This document shows, in pieces, positions 33,421-47,715 of a stretch of DNA of 64,000 bases (position 1 is its first letter; every line of letters starts with the position of its first letter). This stretch comes from the human T2T-CHM13v2.0 reference genome, Homo sapiens: NCBI RefSeq assembly GCF_009914755.1, contig NC_060928.1. The stretch is one strand, 5' to 3'. A program made the position numbers and the translations under genes. The notes below the pieces were generated by a model that had not been told where the DNA came from, did not search any database, and saw only the letters and a program-made list of their open reading frames with translations.

Positions 33421-36309
33421 CCCTATTATAGTTTTATTGTTTTTTGTTTGTTTGTTTTTAAATTCTACCTGGATGCTTTTGGTAATAAAATATTTAAGCC
33501 CAGCCCAGAATTGTAGACTTGTATATCCAACTGTCTACCTGAAATGTATTTATGGGTTTCCAATAGTCCATTTAAACTTAGCGTTTTCTTTCCAGATCAT
33601 TGACTTATCTTCCATGACTTAGTTTTCTCCATTTCCGTTGATGGCAATTCCACCCTTCTGGTGTGCAGGTCAGTAATCTTGGAATCATTCAGATTTATTC
33701 TCTCATATCCCACATTCAAACCTTCAGAATTGAGGTCCTCTTAATTCTCCCTTCAAAACGTATATCCAGAATCTCATCTTCCCCTCCTCTACTGATCTAT
33801 TTATTCTGAGCCACCATTTCCATTTCCTCTTTCCTAGACTACAACATTTGCCTCCTAACTGATCTTCCTCATTGTTTTCTTGCCCCTGTACAGACTCCAA
33901 CACTGCACTGCCAGGGTGATGCTTTTAAACAAACTACATGACTCACTGCTTAAAACCTTCCAGCAGCTTCTCACCTAACACAACATAAAGGCCAAAGCCC
34001 TTATAATGTCTAAGATTCTCTGTGAACTTACTTTCCTGTTACCTTTCTAAATTATCTTCCTACTCTTTTCTCACTGACTCTGTTCCAGCCTCACTGGCCT
34101 TGATATTCCTCAAAGGCATCAGACAGGCTTCCATTTCAGGGCTTTTGCTTTAGATCTTCCCACTGCTAGAATTGCTCCTGCCTCAGGTATCCTCATGGCC
34201 ACATTCTTCCTCCTCTCCACATCTTTGCTCAAATGTCACCATCTCAATGACCCACCTGATCCTCCTACTGAACACTGCATTTCTAGTCTATGACCCCAAC
34301 CAACCCTTTCTGCTCTTGGGACTCCTGTGGTTGGCTGAAAAATAAGTCCCCTGGGAGATACTATTATTCAGGAGCTCACGGAAAGTGACTTCTTACACAA
34401 TCATCCTGTAAGAAAGTGTTTATAGTTTTCAAACCCACTTTGGGCCATAGTATAACAAATTCCATAGCATTTAGCTCATACAAAATTGATGTGATGATTG
34501 GGGAGCACTTTGTGCCTATGAAGAACTGTCTGAATGCCTCCTAATAATGATGTTCAGATCTGAGTATTCTCTTAAGAGCATTTGCACTTCTCTTCTCGCT
34601 CTCTTCAATACCTTTTACTCTTATGGAAAAAAAAAATAACTGCCCTCCAAAGAACAGGGTGCAGCCTCTGGTTGACCTAACAGATGGATTGCTTTTAGGA
34701 AGTGAGTGGGAGCTGCCCTATAATAAGAGAGGCATGCCTCTAAGTTTCACATCTTTTCTACCAGAATCTATCCTGCTAAAGTTTTTGACAAATGTGGACA
34801 ACAAAGCTACATCTAAGTGACATATTAAACGTAAGGCCATGCAAACTTATTGCTTATATTTCTTTTTCTCTTTCTTATGTATAAATCAAATCCTATGTCA
34901 TTTGAGATTTCACAGCTAAAATATGGTATGGGTATGCATGCATCTATGATGTGTGAATGTGTATACTCACATTGAATAGCTTTTCAAAGAATTATCATAC
35001 TTCTATTCATATGGAGACATCATCTTTGGGAGCTAGAGGGGCCTTTTGAAGCCTTTTGTTTCACGCCCTTATTACAAAAATAAGAAAATTGGAAACTCAA
35101 AGCAATTAAATGGCATACCTAAGGTCATATTATGAGTTAATGGCAGCATTGATGAGTAATCATCAACAGTTGAAAACCTTCTAGAGTCTCTTCTCATAAA
35201 GTCTTTTGAAAAATGGCTGTCAGCTGATCAATTTGATAGTTTATTTGAAACAATGACAGTATTAACATGTTAGGTTGATGGCAGAAACTGGCTTGTGTTT
35301 GGATGTGGCAAGATGATGCAGAAGGGAGTATAGACTTCCGTGCTCAGTAACTGTGAATTATTGGCATTCTCTTAGGTGGGCACTTGCTGCTGTGGCTCAC
35401 TATGGTTCTTTCCAACTCTCTCATTATAAAAAGTGAGCTGTTGTTCTGAGATTGCATATTTGCATACGTTGGCTCTGTAGGATCTTGTTCCTGATTAAAG
35501 GGCCCATTTCTGCCAATTCTCAGGGAAGGCGGCTGCTGCTGAAGGCTTGATAATCATTTTTTATGCATCAAGGAAGGCACAAGAAGCTTCAAACCATAAT
35601 CATTTCTATAAACATAGACAAGCCGTAAATTGTGACTGATACAAATTAAACTATGTTCCTCGGTAATTATATTTTAGAGATTGTGCACCACATACCCAAA
35701 CATAATTTTAAACTCAGAAAACTATAATTGCACGTTTAGTGCCTAGCACTCTTTGTACTCCTTGTATGTTTTGCTTTGCTTGAGTTATTCCAAGGAAATT
35801 GATTTTCTGGGCACATCATGTTCAGGTTCATTAGGCCATTGGCACGACTCTCACTACCATCATGTCAATCATGTCTTTCTGGAGGGGGACCCAGAACCCA
35901 TTATGATAAGAAGTAACTAAGTCCTCCCAAATGTGTCTGCAATCTGTTTCCTCCTCTCCATCATCACTGTCACTACTATTGTTAAGGCCTTGGATATCTT
36001 TTCTCTGGGCAATTGTCACTGTCTCCAATTGGTCTCCATGTAAGCAATCATCCTCTATAGCTACCCTCTATGGCAGATGTATGATAAACTCTATCGACCA
36101 TGACATTGGTAACAAAATTACTTTGCGTCATAGCTCTACAAACATGCACACACACACACACACACACACCCTACTGAAAGGTCAGTTTTACAATGCAGCA
36201 CTAATGTCTGGTCTCACCTCCCTTAAAAACTGTGAAGGTTGTCCTGAAAGTTGGTAAAGTGACAGGAACTTAATTCTAGGAGGCCTATGTTTGGTCATGT
36301 GACAGTACC

Positions 36310-36760
36310 GAAGGCTGTATTTCTCAAAACCAGACCCCTAGACCAGGATTTGGGTCCCAGTAATTCATTTGGAAAGTGGTTCCTGGAATCAAAAGTGAGA
36401 AAATGGAAAAAGTCAGAGAAGGGATGGAGGAAAGCCATATAAATCAGGTCACTGCCCTGGACAAATGGGGCTCATCTTGCTGGCAGCATGCTGAGAACCT
36501 GGAACCAGGCACCTGGAGTTTCAGGAGATCGGCACACATCCACTGACTCTCATGTTCCATCGGTTAAGTGAAGATGTCTGCTCCTGGAAATAATGACAGA
36601 CTAGTTTTTCTAGATAGGCTGGAAACATATACAAAGCCCTGAATACTGGGCAAAGGCGTTTGGACCGTGATCTGTAGACGAGGATGAATTATCAGGTAAA
36701 ATGGCTCCACATCTTCAGGACATGGTCCAAGCTCGTTAGCAGGCTGTCATGGGGCCTCCA
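36310..36760 (-). mobile_element. LTR33/LTR16-like ERVL LTR remnant
   Basis: cagacccctagaccaggatttg..tttggaaagtgg..gaagggatggaggaaagcca..aatggggctca. Confidence 0.55.
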
Positions 36761-38417
36761 TTAACTGGCACCCACTTTCCTCTCCAGCTTCACTTTCTTC
36801 CACTGTTCCTGCGGCACTTCATCATCAACACCGCTTTCCTGCTTGCTAACACTCAGACATGCACACACCCACAGGCTTTGTGAAGGAGTTTGTGACCCAA
36901 ATGAGGTAGCTTGAACTGCTGTCATGCTCTTGTTTTCCTTGGCACACATTGCCTCTTCTGTTAAGACAAATCTTCCTTTCCCACTCTTCTTCCCTTGCAC
37001 TCTGGTATCTCCCTGAGAACAACCACGCCTCCGGGATTCAGGCCTTGGGTATCCTTCATCAGACCTTCCTATACCCCTAACATTGCAGTGCAATTCCCTT
37101 CTCAGGACACATATCACACTGAGATTTACAACAAACAAACAAACAAACAAACAAACAAAAAACCTGACCTGCGTAAAGACAAGGCTGGCTGTTTTTTCTG
37201 CCTCTACTCAGGGCTTCCCATCCCAGAGTCCGTGTGCACCAGACACTCTAGCTTCCCTGCTGGAGTTGCTGGTGCACAGAAGCTGCTCAGGAGAGACTCA
37301 TGAATGAAAGAACAAGTGAGGACATAAATAAATAAAAGGACTTTGAGCAGAGGAGTGAGACATGCAAGCAGAGATCCAGGAAACTGATCTGATTAGAATA
37401 CGCATGATGAACCGCAGGTGGGAGAGACCTGTGGGAGTGAGACTCGTTTTGAGGCTTAGGGGGATATGGGCTAATATGTGTCCATGCTAGAATGGTGTTA
37501 ATGGACAAAAAGGACAAATATATTCTAAAGACATATGGAAAATATTAAGAAATTGGCAAAACACAAAAGAGACCTCTATTTCATCTTTTTGGGATATCTC
37601 TGCTTCTGTGTTATAGGTTTTGGAGCTTTGTAGTACACCTATCTCATTGCATCTAAGCTTTTGCTCCATGTAATACTCCCATCTGTCAATTGGGAGAAAC
37701 ATGAGGGACTTGGGGACCCCAGCTCAGCCCTCAGAGGACAGCCCAGGCTGCAAGGCTGTTAGCCGAGCTGGCATGCTTTGTGGAACAGATGAGCTTTTAA
37801 AAGATTCAAGTTTGGTTCAAAATTCACAACTCGTGAGTTCCAAATGGTTCTAAATTTGGCTGAATGCATTTTTCCCTAGCCGTGTGCCACTGAGCAAGAC
37901 GTAGTGACTTCATCGAGTTAGAAAAACAAAGGGCTGATATTGCCTCTTTGCAGAAATAAACTTGATGAGGACAAGGGAAGTGCATTGCAAATACTACAGC
38001 AGCAGGCCCTTAATTTTGTGTATTTTCCACTCAAACAGCTTTCTCTGGCATCAACAACAAAACCATTCACTGGAAGAACACCGCCAGTTACCGGCTTACT
38101 TATAAGCAAAGTGGCACTAAGTGAGTTATCTTTCAGCTTTGTTGAACAAGCAAATTATATAGTAAATTAAATCACATTTTACTGTTGAGTTGGTGTGGTA
38201 CAAATTAGGGAGTGCACTTTGATTCACCCTTACATCTCCTGCTTGTTTCATAGCCCTGATGTTCCAGTGTCAATATGGGAGAATTCAGCAGAGAACTTAT
38301 GTGAATTCTGTTTTCTTTGTTGTGTTTACAAGTTCATTGCAACCAGCTCATTTGGGATAGCGTTGGCCTGAAAACAAAATGGCATGTTTTAGCTTCTCAT
38401 CAATTATTTAACTGAAT

Positions 38418-38470
38418 GATTTATTTATTTATCTATTTATCTATTATTTATTTATTTATTTATTTATTTT
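38418..38470. repeat. (TATT)n microsatellite
   Basis: Directly visible. Confidence 0.9.
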
Positions 38471-38676
38471 TAGTGCCCTCCAAGAAACCTAATGAAAGTA
38501 TCCACAGAGGGAGAAACATAGCGACTAAGTCTAAAGGAAGATAAAGAGAGTGAATTCCTGGAGATAACTAGCTGATCTCCAGAGAAGGATGCTAGCCAGA
38601 TTCCTTCTGGCAACATTATAGAATGGGAAGTGACTAGTCCCTAATTCCTGAGATTCATAGACTTGGGTTGAAGTCT

Positions 38677-39210
<534 letters not shown>

Positions 39211-40549
39211 GTTTGGAGGAGTCTTGACTGTAACATTTTAGCTGTGTGAGACTGGGCGGGTTGCTTTCAAGTTCAATGGCTTAAGGGAGGTTACAGGTGT
39301 TGCATGAAACTAATTCTATTCCAAATTTAGCGCAAAACAGGTATGCCATAGAGTTTTGTTTCTCCTCTTTTGTCAGGATCTTGTCTGAATGACTGTTTGA
39401 AGAATCTGAAACAACAGCTCTGCATGTCCTCCCTGTTCTCCAGAACAAAGTCTGTGTTTCAGAATGGCAGGTGTGGTTCAGTTGATATGATTATGATAAA
39501 GAAGAAAAGGAAAAATAAATGATAACCATTACTCCAGGTTTGTCAGAGTGAGGCCCAATGACACTCATTATTTATATTTTTCAGCAAAAAGGTCATGTGG
39601 GTCAGCCCACATTTTGGCATGTCTGACAAATGGGTCAGTGGAGATGAGAGTGTTAATTTATTTGAATGGATGTGTGGGAATGGTACTCTAAGGAAAAGGT
39701 ACTATGCAGTGATACTCTGTCACAAAATTAACAACAGATTGACAAGGCCTCAGAGCATCCACCAGGTGTATCCTTATCCACCCAAATTCTGTAGTCATTC
39801 TGATTCTTCTAGGTGTCCGTTTCTCGTGATTGGGAAGGGCATCTAACTCTATCCTTGCAATCCTAAGTCTTGCAGACCACCTTCCTCAAGGTCGGAGTAT
39901 TCTACTTGAATCACTTTACACAAATATTCTCCCTTATTTCAGGATTTACTTTTAGCTACAGCTCAAAGGACTCTATGACATTTTATTTTATATTTTATTA
40001 TGTTACATTATATTATTCTATTTTATTTAGTTTTAAGGTCTCTTAACCTTTCTCAAGCAATTTTCTGGCCCATCAAAGAAAGGTGTTGAACCAAGCTTTC
40101 TGATGACCCATTGTTACTCCAGAAGCCTGAACCTACAAATGCCTATAGCAAGAGAAATCCTGGTATACATGTTAAATAGAAAAAGGATGTGTGTGCCCCT
40201 AAGTCCACATTTTATGTTTCACTGACTGGGTTGAATCACCATGGATATCAAGTAAGGAATGCCTGTCAAAGAGAGGGAACCCTATGAAATTGCCAATATC
40301 CAGCCATTTATTTGACCTACAAATATAATAATGTCATGCGATTTGACCTGTGATACTTCTTTTGCATGGGGGAGGGAGGTGGCTATTAGCAGGGCCTTCA
40401 ACCTTGCACAGTTTTGTAAGGTATGCATTTGTTACATTTCACTCAAATAACATGTCTTTTTAGGTATCCCAATTTCATTCACTTTTCTACATTTGTACCA
40501 CTCTTTCATTAGTCCAACCAACCATGAGCATAGTCTTTTAACCAGTCTA

Positions 40550-41240
40550 CTGTCATCTACTTTGGCCTTTTGCTAATCGGTTCAATACAGCCTGAGTAAA
40601 AGTCTAAACTGTAAATCTAATTGTCTAACACCCTCTTTTTAAAAGAGGGTGTCTGTTGTCTTCTGAACTTTGTAGGAAAGTGCCAAAGCTCCTTGAAATG
40701 GTCAATAATGTTCTTCTTACTCTGACGTCTACCCGCTCACCAGTCTCATTTTGTACCTTATTTCTGGCTCTAGCCACACTGGCCTTCTGTCAGCTTTCTG
40801 CATTCTCCATACTCTTCACCACTCCTAAGTTCTTTCTATTAAAAGCAATGGCAAAAACTGCAAATACTTTTGCACCAATGTAATAAATGCTATTCCTATG
40901 TCCTGGAAAGCTCCTCCATCCCCTCCTCCTTGACCTCATTCCTGGTCATATTTGTCCAGGTTTGTCTTTGTCTAGACATCTTTTCTGAATTCTAGGAGTG
41001 GGCCAGAACCCACTTGTAGAAGCTTTTGAGGAGCAGTGTGCTTTTCTATATAGCATGTGCCCCCCTCCCTTCCTCTTTCAGACTTGTCTGAATGCCTAGT
41101 GGATGAAGATCTGCTTCCCCACACAAATTCTCTGAAGGTAAAACTCCTGCTTGATTTTACTGTCAACTTTATCTCCAGCGTCCAGCCCTGTCTATGACTG
41201 ATGATCTATAAATATCTTAGAGTAAATGGCTAATGCATGA
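40550..41240 (+). mobile_element. L2 remnant
   Basis: ctctagccacactggccttct..tgctattcctatgtcctggaa..tttatctccagcg. Confidence 0.6.
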
Positions 41241-42835
41241 GAAAGTGGCAGACAGAAAGAAAAGGAGTCAGTGCTGGTTGGAGAACTTGATTATAGGAAG
41301 CGTTACCCAGGCTTTCTTTTACACCTATTTTCATGGCAATAGATTTCTGGTTTTGCTTTTTATCCATGAGAAGGTTTAACTCACAATATAGTAGGAACAA
41401 GGACTAATCTCAATAGTTAGGAGAAGCCGAGTTTCCCAGGAATTTCACTCATCAACGGCTTTCATCTCACAATCAGATAGCCCAGTCGTTTACTTCTAAC
41501 TTGTGCTTTGGCAATTATTTCTATAGTGTGCCTATGTTAACACAGGTGGGCTCTTGAGAGTAAATTCAGGGAACTTAGAGTCCTATTAATTCAATAATAT
41601 CCTCTGTGACTATTTAGGTAAATGAAAAATGATCTGTCCATAGCAACAGGAAGTTTGTTCAACAACAAGGAAGTATTGGTTCATTTTGTTTTTTCCCAGC
41701 AGGTATTAAAAAGACTAAATCGGCTTAGTTAGCCTAGCTGTGGTTTAAGGTTTCCTTTGGTTTATCTTGCTACGTGACTATTAGAAGCCGTGGGTTCTGA
41801 CTGGCCCACGCTACATTCTCAATGAGCACAAGCTTAGCCATACTGGCAGGCATTAACAACACAAGGAAAGAACTTCTGTAGCTGGGAAATTTAATGTCTG
41901 AAAAATGTATTTGACTATTAACAATAGTAACAAATAACAAAGTGAGACCAAGTGGCCCAGTTTTGAAAATAAGGAATTTATACCAGAGAGAGTAATTAAA
42001 CTCCTGAAAGCACACTCTAAGTACAAGCAGGATAGGGATGAGATCTCAGGACTTCTCACTTTTCAAAGTATTCATGTTTTGTACTAGTTCAAGCTTTCAT
42101 ATTTTTACTCAGTTACTTTTTCATTAACTTATACTTTTGTCCCATTGAATACATACTCCGTGCATGAAGCTCCATGTTCTGATTGGGAGTTATCAAATCA
42201 TGCTTTGCATTGTAGCTAAGCGAGCACAGCTCCAGCCCTATAACCAGAGTATTCCTTATTTTCCCCCAGGTTCATCTCTCCCAAGACTAAGCACAGCAGC
42301 TTGTATATTTTGGGTAATCAAGATATTTTTCATTCATTTTAATGTTAATAACAACACTAACAATAGCATTCATTTAGCAAACATCTACTGTGCTCTAAGC
42401 ATTTTGCATAAAGTATTACTCTAATTACACAGACAGTTATTGGGTACCTATGTGAGATTGCTATAATTAACACAGCACAGCCTATGCATGCAAGTGATTT
42501 ACAAGCCTACTAGGAGCTCATAGTCTCATCTTATTCCTATGACATGTCCATGAAGTGGCTCTTATTATTCTTCTCCCCTCCACGCTTTTGCTTATGATGG
42601 AACTGAGGCTTAGTAAACATAAAGTCAGTTGTATAGTCCAACATGACTGATGTGAGATTTTAGTCCACATCTTTTTGATTCCAAAACTCTTCTATGACAT
42701 ACTCCTTTTATTCAGTCATCGATTTGTCTATTTATTAACGCTTTGTACCAACCATGTGTCAAAAACAAATAGAGGTTACACTGAATTCTTTGAGGCATCT
42801 CACAGTCAAATAGAGGGAAGTTGAGAAGCCAAAAA

Positions 42836-42940
42836 CAGTGACTAACAGTCTTTGTTTGCCTGGGTCTGACACTTTTCCTGGGACAGGGAACTTTTAGTGC
42901 TAAAACCAGGGAAGTCCAGGGTCAACGAAGATGACAGACA
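42836..42940. mobile_element. MER94-like hAT-Blackjack fragment
   Basis: gtgactaac..gtttgcctggg..ttcctgggacagggaactt..gtgctaaaaccagggaagtcc. Confidence 0.6.
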
Positions 42941-43756
42941 ATTGGTAGAATGAGGAGAAATGAGGGAAGTCAGAACATCTAAGTTGTCTAGATCGGAAGG
43001 GACATAGTATGCTACAGTAAAGAGTTTAAATTATATCATGAAAGGCAGAAAAAGAATTTTGCAATGTATCGCTACGGAGCCACTAGTATATCCATAACTG
43101 AGCATTCATTATACTCACAGAAAAAGGAAAGAGGTTTCTCCTCATGGGAAAATTCTAATTTTTTTGCCATGAATATTATTAACACTAACATAGAGAGAGA
43201 GAATTCCCCATCATTATTCCAATGCTGAGTCTACCTGGCAACTTTGAGGCATGAATGCTAGAAATAAATGGAGCATGTCATTGTTGTCTGAGTCATTGTG
43301 AGTGACAGACAGAAGGAAGACTCACAATTTAAAAAAAAATGAGAGGAGAGCTGGTTAATAATATTTCAAGATTTCAGAAAAGAATGGCAACTATTCTTTA
43401 TTCATTCCACCAACATTGCTTGCTTCAATACTTTGAGCTTGGTGCTATAAATACAGCATTAGGATACATGCTCTGGCTTCACAAGCAGACAGAGGGACAC
43501 CAGAATTTAATGAATAATTACCAAGTGGAGTGGTAGGCGCTAAAACAGAATCAGGGCGTATAAAGTACAAACCATAAGGACGGCTCGGGATATTACATAA
43601 CACAACGCTTAACACTGATCCTTAAGGGCCTTAAAGTTAGAGGAAAGAAAACTATTTTAAATTTTTTGTATAGAACAGAGAACAGCACAGAGAGTGAATG
43701 TACAATCATAAATGGTGATTAAATGAAGTGCCAGCACACTTATGTCTCTGTAACAG

Positions 43757-43908
43757 ATATATGAAATATATATGTATATATATGTAAACATACATACTAC
43801 ACCATATGTCTGTGTATGTGTGTGTATATATATACATATATATATACACACGTATATATATATGTATATATATATATACATATATATACACACACGTATA
43901 TATATATG

Positions 43909-43939
<31 letters not shown>

Positions 43940-43957
43940 GAGAGAGTGTGTGTGTGT
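43757..43957. repeat. Compound (TA)/(CA)/(TG) microsatellite
   Basis: Directly visible. Confidence 0.95.
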
Positions 43958-44195
43958 TTCCCATACTTATGAAAGTATCAGAAAAATGTCACTCAGACTG
44001 GCTTGTTCAGTAAAAAAGGATATCATTTTATGGAAAAAACCTAAAGGTTGAGATTTCATCCTCGGAAGGTCAAGACTCCATCATAACTCTCAGCCATCTT
44101 GTTCTTGCGTCTGCTTCATCCTCAGGTTTGCTCTTCTCATGGTTACAACATAGCTGCTATTTCTGTTCTCCTACTTTAGGAAAAGAAGAAATATT

Positions 44196-44720
44196 CCTTT
44201 ATTTGTTTCTTAAATCTGCTACAACGAAGTACCACAAACTGGGTAGCTTAACACACATGCAAAAACAACAAACAAACAAACAAACAAACAAGAATTTGGA
44301 AATGTGTGTCTCCCAGTTCTGGAGGCTGGAGTTCTGAAACCAAGGTGTTGAGAGGGTCATGCTACCTCTGAACGCAATAGAGGAATGCTTCTTGCATCTT
44401 TCTTTCATCCAGTGTTTTGTCAGAAGTCTTTGATGCTCTTGGCTTGCAGCAGCAGACCTCCAGTCTCTACCTTTGTTGTCACATGCTGTTTTCCTTTTGG
44501 TTCTCTGTTTTTTCTCGTGGTCATGTGCTTCTAAAGAGACACTAGTCGTATTGGATTAGGTGCCAACCCTACTCCAGTATGACTTCATCTTTACTAATTG
44601 TGTTTTTTAAGGACTCTATTTCCAAATAGGGTCACATTCTGAGATATGTGATGTTAGAACTTCAAATCTTTTTTTTTTTTTTTTTTTTTTTTGAGGTGGG
44701 GGAAGATTCAACTCATGACA
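44196..44720 (-). mobile_element. MLT1B/C-like MaLR solo LTR
   Basis: aagtaccacaaactgggtagcttaa..cagttctggaggctgga..tattggattagg..tatttccaaatagggtcacattctgag. Confidence 0.85.
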
Positions 44721-45484
44721 CTTTGTTCAACTATAGAATCTACATTTTTTCTTTCAGTTTGATAGGGTTATCTAAGGTCATATGTTCACTTTTGAACCAG
44801 TAACATTTACCCAGAAATATGATGAACATATTGGTTTAGACTAATAGGGATTCATCTCTGGAACTGAGGATGGCTTGACTCTCTGAATAAAACAGGGTTC
44901 TGTTAGAGTTCTATTAGACTGGAGAAGGAATGCTGAATAGATAACCAGAGTTTACGATAATATATGACTATGTATATACGTATGAAAGTATAATTCATCT
45001 TATAATGACAAAATTAGAAGCCAAGTGCCAAAACATTTAAGTCACTACAAATAAAGGATATTAGCAATTGCTGAGTATGTATTAGGCTTTATGCTGCACA
45101 TCTGCATGTATATTATGATTTTCTTTAACCAAAGCTTTATGGGGTAGATGCAACATTTATCTACTTTATGGAGGACTAACTTAGGCCCTTAAGCAGTGTA
45201 AGATTTATCCCAAGTCCCCTGACTAGTGAGTCTCCAAATCAGGATTAGAACTCATGGCTCATGGTTTTGTATTCTCAGTCCTATGATGCTCTTTGCACTG
45301 TTCCATGGTGCCTCAGGGTGCAGTGAAAGGGAGGTTTTAATTTTCAATTGTCAAATTGTCTTATGTGTTTTATTTGGAGCCAGTTTTATATTGTCTTTGG
45401 ACACTAGGAAATCAAAGTGTGAACAGTTTTTACTCTTTTCTATATTTGGAATAATGGGTGGGGGGATGTTAAGACAAGCATTAT

Positions 45485-46000
45485 GGAGAGTCTTAGGTTT
45501 TGCCCTACTTGCAAACTAACAAGTTAGCCTGCCACAGTTTCATGGAAACTGGCAGGAGACACAAGAGTCCTGGGTCAGAGATAAAAGACAGTGTAATACT
45601 CACAGCTATATCAGTGGCTAGAATATTATTTTTGCACTGGTTCCCTAAGCCTCCATTTCCAAAGATCAAGAAAATTAGGAGAAAATACTGTCTTATACAG
45701 TAGAGTATGTTCCAGAAAAGAAATCCCAGAGATTAGAAAGCCTCAGTTTTATATAAGGAGACTGTAGAAAATCTGCCTAATCTTTGCCATAGAAAAAGAC
45801 ATTATTTTTATTACCCAGGAAAGTAAACAAACCTGCTCTAGAAGGAGAAAATCTCTTTCTCTCCCAAGGCAGTTTTTTTTTTTTTTTTTTTTTTAAATAT
45901 GAAAGTACTAGAAATGAGAGTCTGGAAAAAAAAAGTTTATTCCTTTGCTCAGAAGAGTGTGCAGAAATATAAGAGGTTCATGGACACTTGTCACCCAACA
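45485..46000 (-). mobile_element. ERVL-class LTR (MER54/LTR53-like; subfamily uncertain)
   Basis: gccctacttgcaaactaacaagttagcctgccacagtttcatgg..cctgggtcagaga..ttttatata..cccaaca. Confidence 0.65.
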
Positions 46001-47654
46001 GGTTAAATCTTCTCCACCATGACTTTTTATCATTATAAATGTTCAATTTTAGAATTCTAATAATCCAGAGACAAGTTCAAAACCAGTATATAGCAACCAA
46101 TAGGTGGTAGTAACTTGATTTTGCTTCGTGATCAGAAAAAAAGTTTTTCTAGGGCCCTTGAGATGCAGTTATTTTAGTTAAAAATCAATATGATTATTTT
46201 TCTTTTTAATATTTCTATAGAAATGTGTTTACCAAAACACTGAAGCATGAATTTAAAGGACACTACACTTTCTTAATGCATTGCATTCAGTGAGCCAAAG
46301 GGTATCTACAATGAACTGAGTTGTACTGGCACATAATTCATGTTTACTGAACAAATGAATTAATCAAATTATGACATCACCATTAAATCTAATTTTAGGG
46401 TTTTGCTCCACTTTCAACTTTATCTAGTTACCCTGAATTTTTGTACATCATTTGTATGGTAATTTAAAATGCTGTGGTATAAATAATGTTAGGTATATAC
46501 ATATATACGTGTGTGTTTGTATACATATATATATACACGAACACATATGTTTACAAATTAACTTTAATCTACAATTTGGTGGCAGTTAAATTGCATAGGA
46601 AGTGCTGAATCAGAAACCAACAGCCCATAGTGGTTGTCTATAAGTGCTTCAGATATCATTATCAAAGGCTATCCAAAAGAAACCATTAATTTGGATTAAT
46701 TGGCAAATATGACATATTAGAAATAATTGTTCATTGGTGAAATTAGTAATGTTCAAAATAGGAGGATGACTAATAAGGTATTTATGATGCCTTTAGTAAG
46801 GTAAGACCCTTAGTAAGGTATTGATGATGTAAATACCTAGTGAGATGTTTACAATGCCCTTGCATGAATGTGGGATAAAAATCCAGCAGCTTCATGGTGA
46901 ATCATCTTCAGAAAGTTTATGTTTAGAGCTAACTTCAATTGTCCCATATATTGAAGGACTCTGTTGCTTGCCAGAAAGGTGGCTTCATCCTCTGTCATAT
47001 TAATGCACCAACTTTAAAACCTCAAAGTAATTGTTTTCTTTTTAGTGCTTATCTGAGTACCTGAATGTAGCAAGTGAGGACTACTTCATAAGAATAGTTG
47101 CAACTTTTTTGCCATGCTAATAAATTTTGAAACATTTAGAGGAATTTGGACTAAAGCTTGCTTCTATTGTAACACGCTGACTCATTGCCAAATTGTTAGG
47201 GAGAGGATGTATATCCTCTTCTATCTCTAACCGTAGGAGGTTACCAATATTTATTTAAAAATCATGACAATGGCTGAATCGACAGTTTGTGACGTCTATT
47301 CGAAATTTCTGTCAGGCATTTATATGACACTAGTCAAAGTCTTCCCACATGACACTCGTTTTGGGTTTATAGGCTTCAGAAATAGTGGGTCCTAATAGTC
47401 CTTATGGACATGTTTCTAGAATATTCTAGTATAAACATCCTATTACCAGGTGACTGAATGAAGCTCTCCATTTGTTCCTCCCAGTTCCTCTCCCTGGGTT
47501 AGTACTGTTTCTGTGTCTGTAGTGGCACATTCATTCATTTATTATTTCTCCAAATATTTTAATATCTCATATATGTCACAAAATAGATTAAGTGCTGATT
47601 CTACAGTAATTAACAAGATATATATGAGACACGCATGCACACACAGAAAGAAAA

Positions 47655-47701
<47 letters not shown>

Positions 47702-47715
47702 AAGAGAGAGAGAAA
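47655..47715. repeat. (CA)n(GA)n microsatellite
   Basis: Directly visible. Confidence 0.92.

Larger units (their letters stand above)
32240..34320 (+). mobile_element. L2 remnant interrupted by an L1MA fragment
   Basis: ctcttcttccttgaaa..catccagtctaatggcttca..tatatccaactgtctac..gttccagcctcactggcc..tctttgctcaaatgtcacc. Confidence 0.75.

Noticed and set aside
43657-44051. Several overlapping Y/I/H/T-rich ORFs
   Set aside because: Translations of a TA/CA microsatellite
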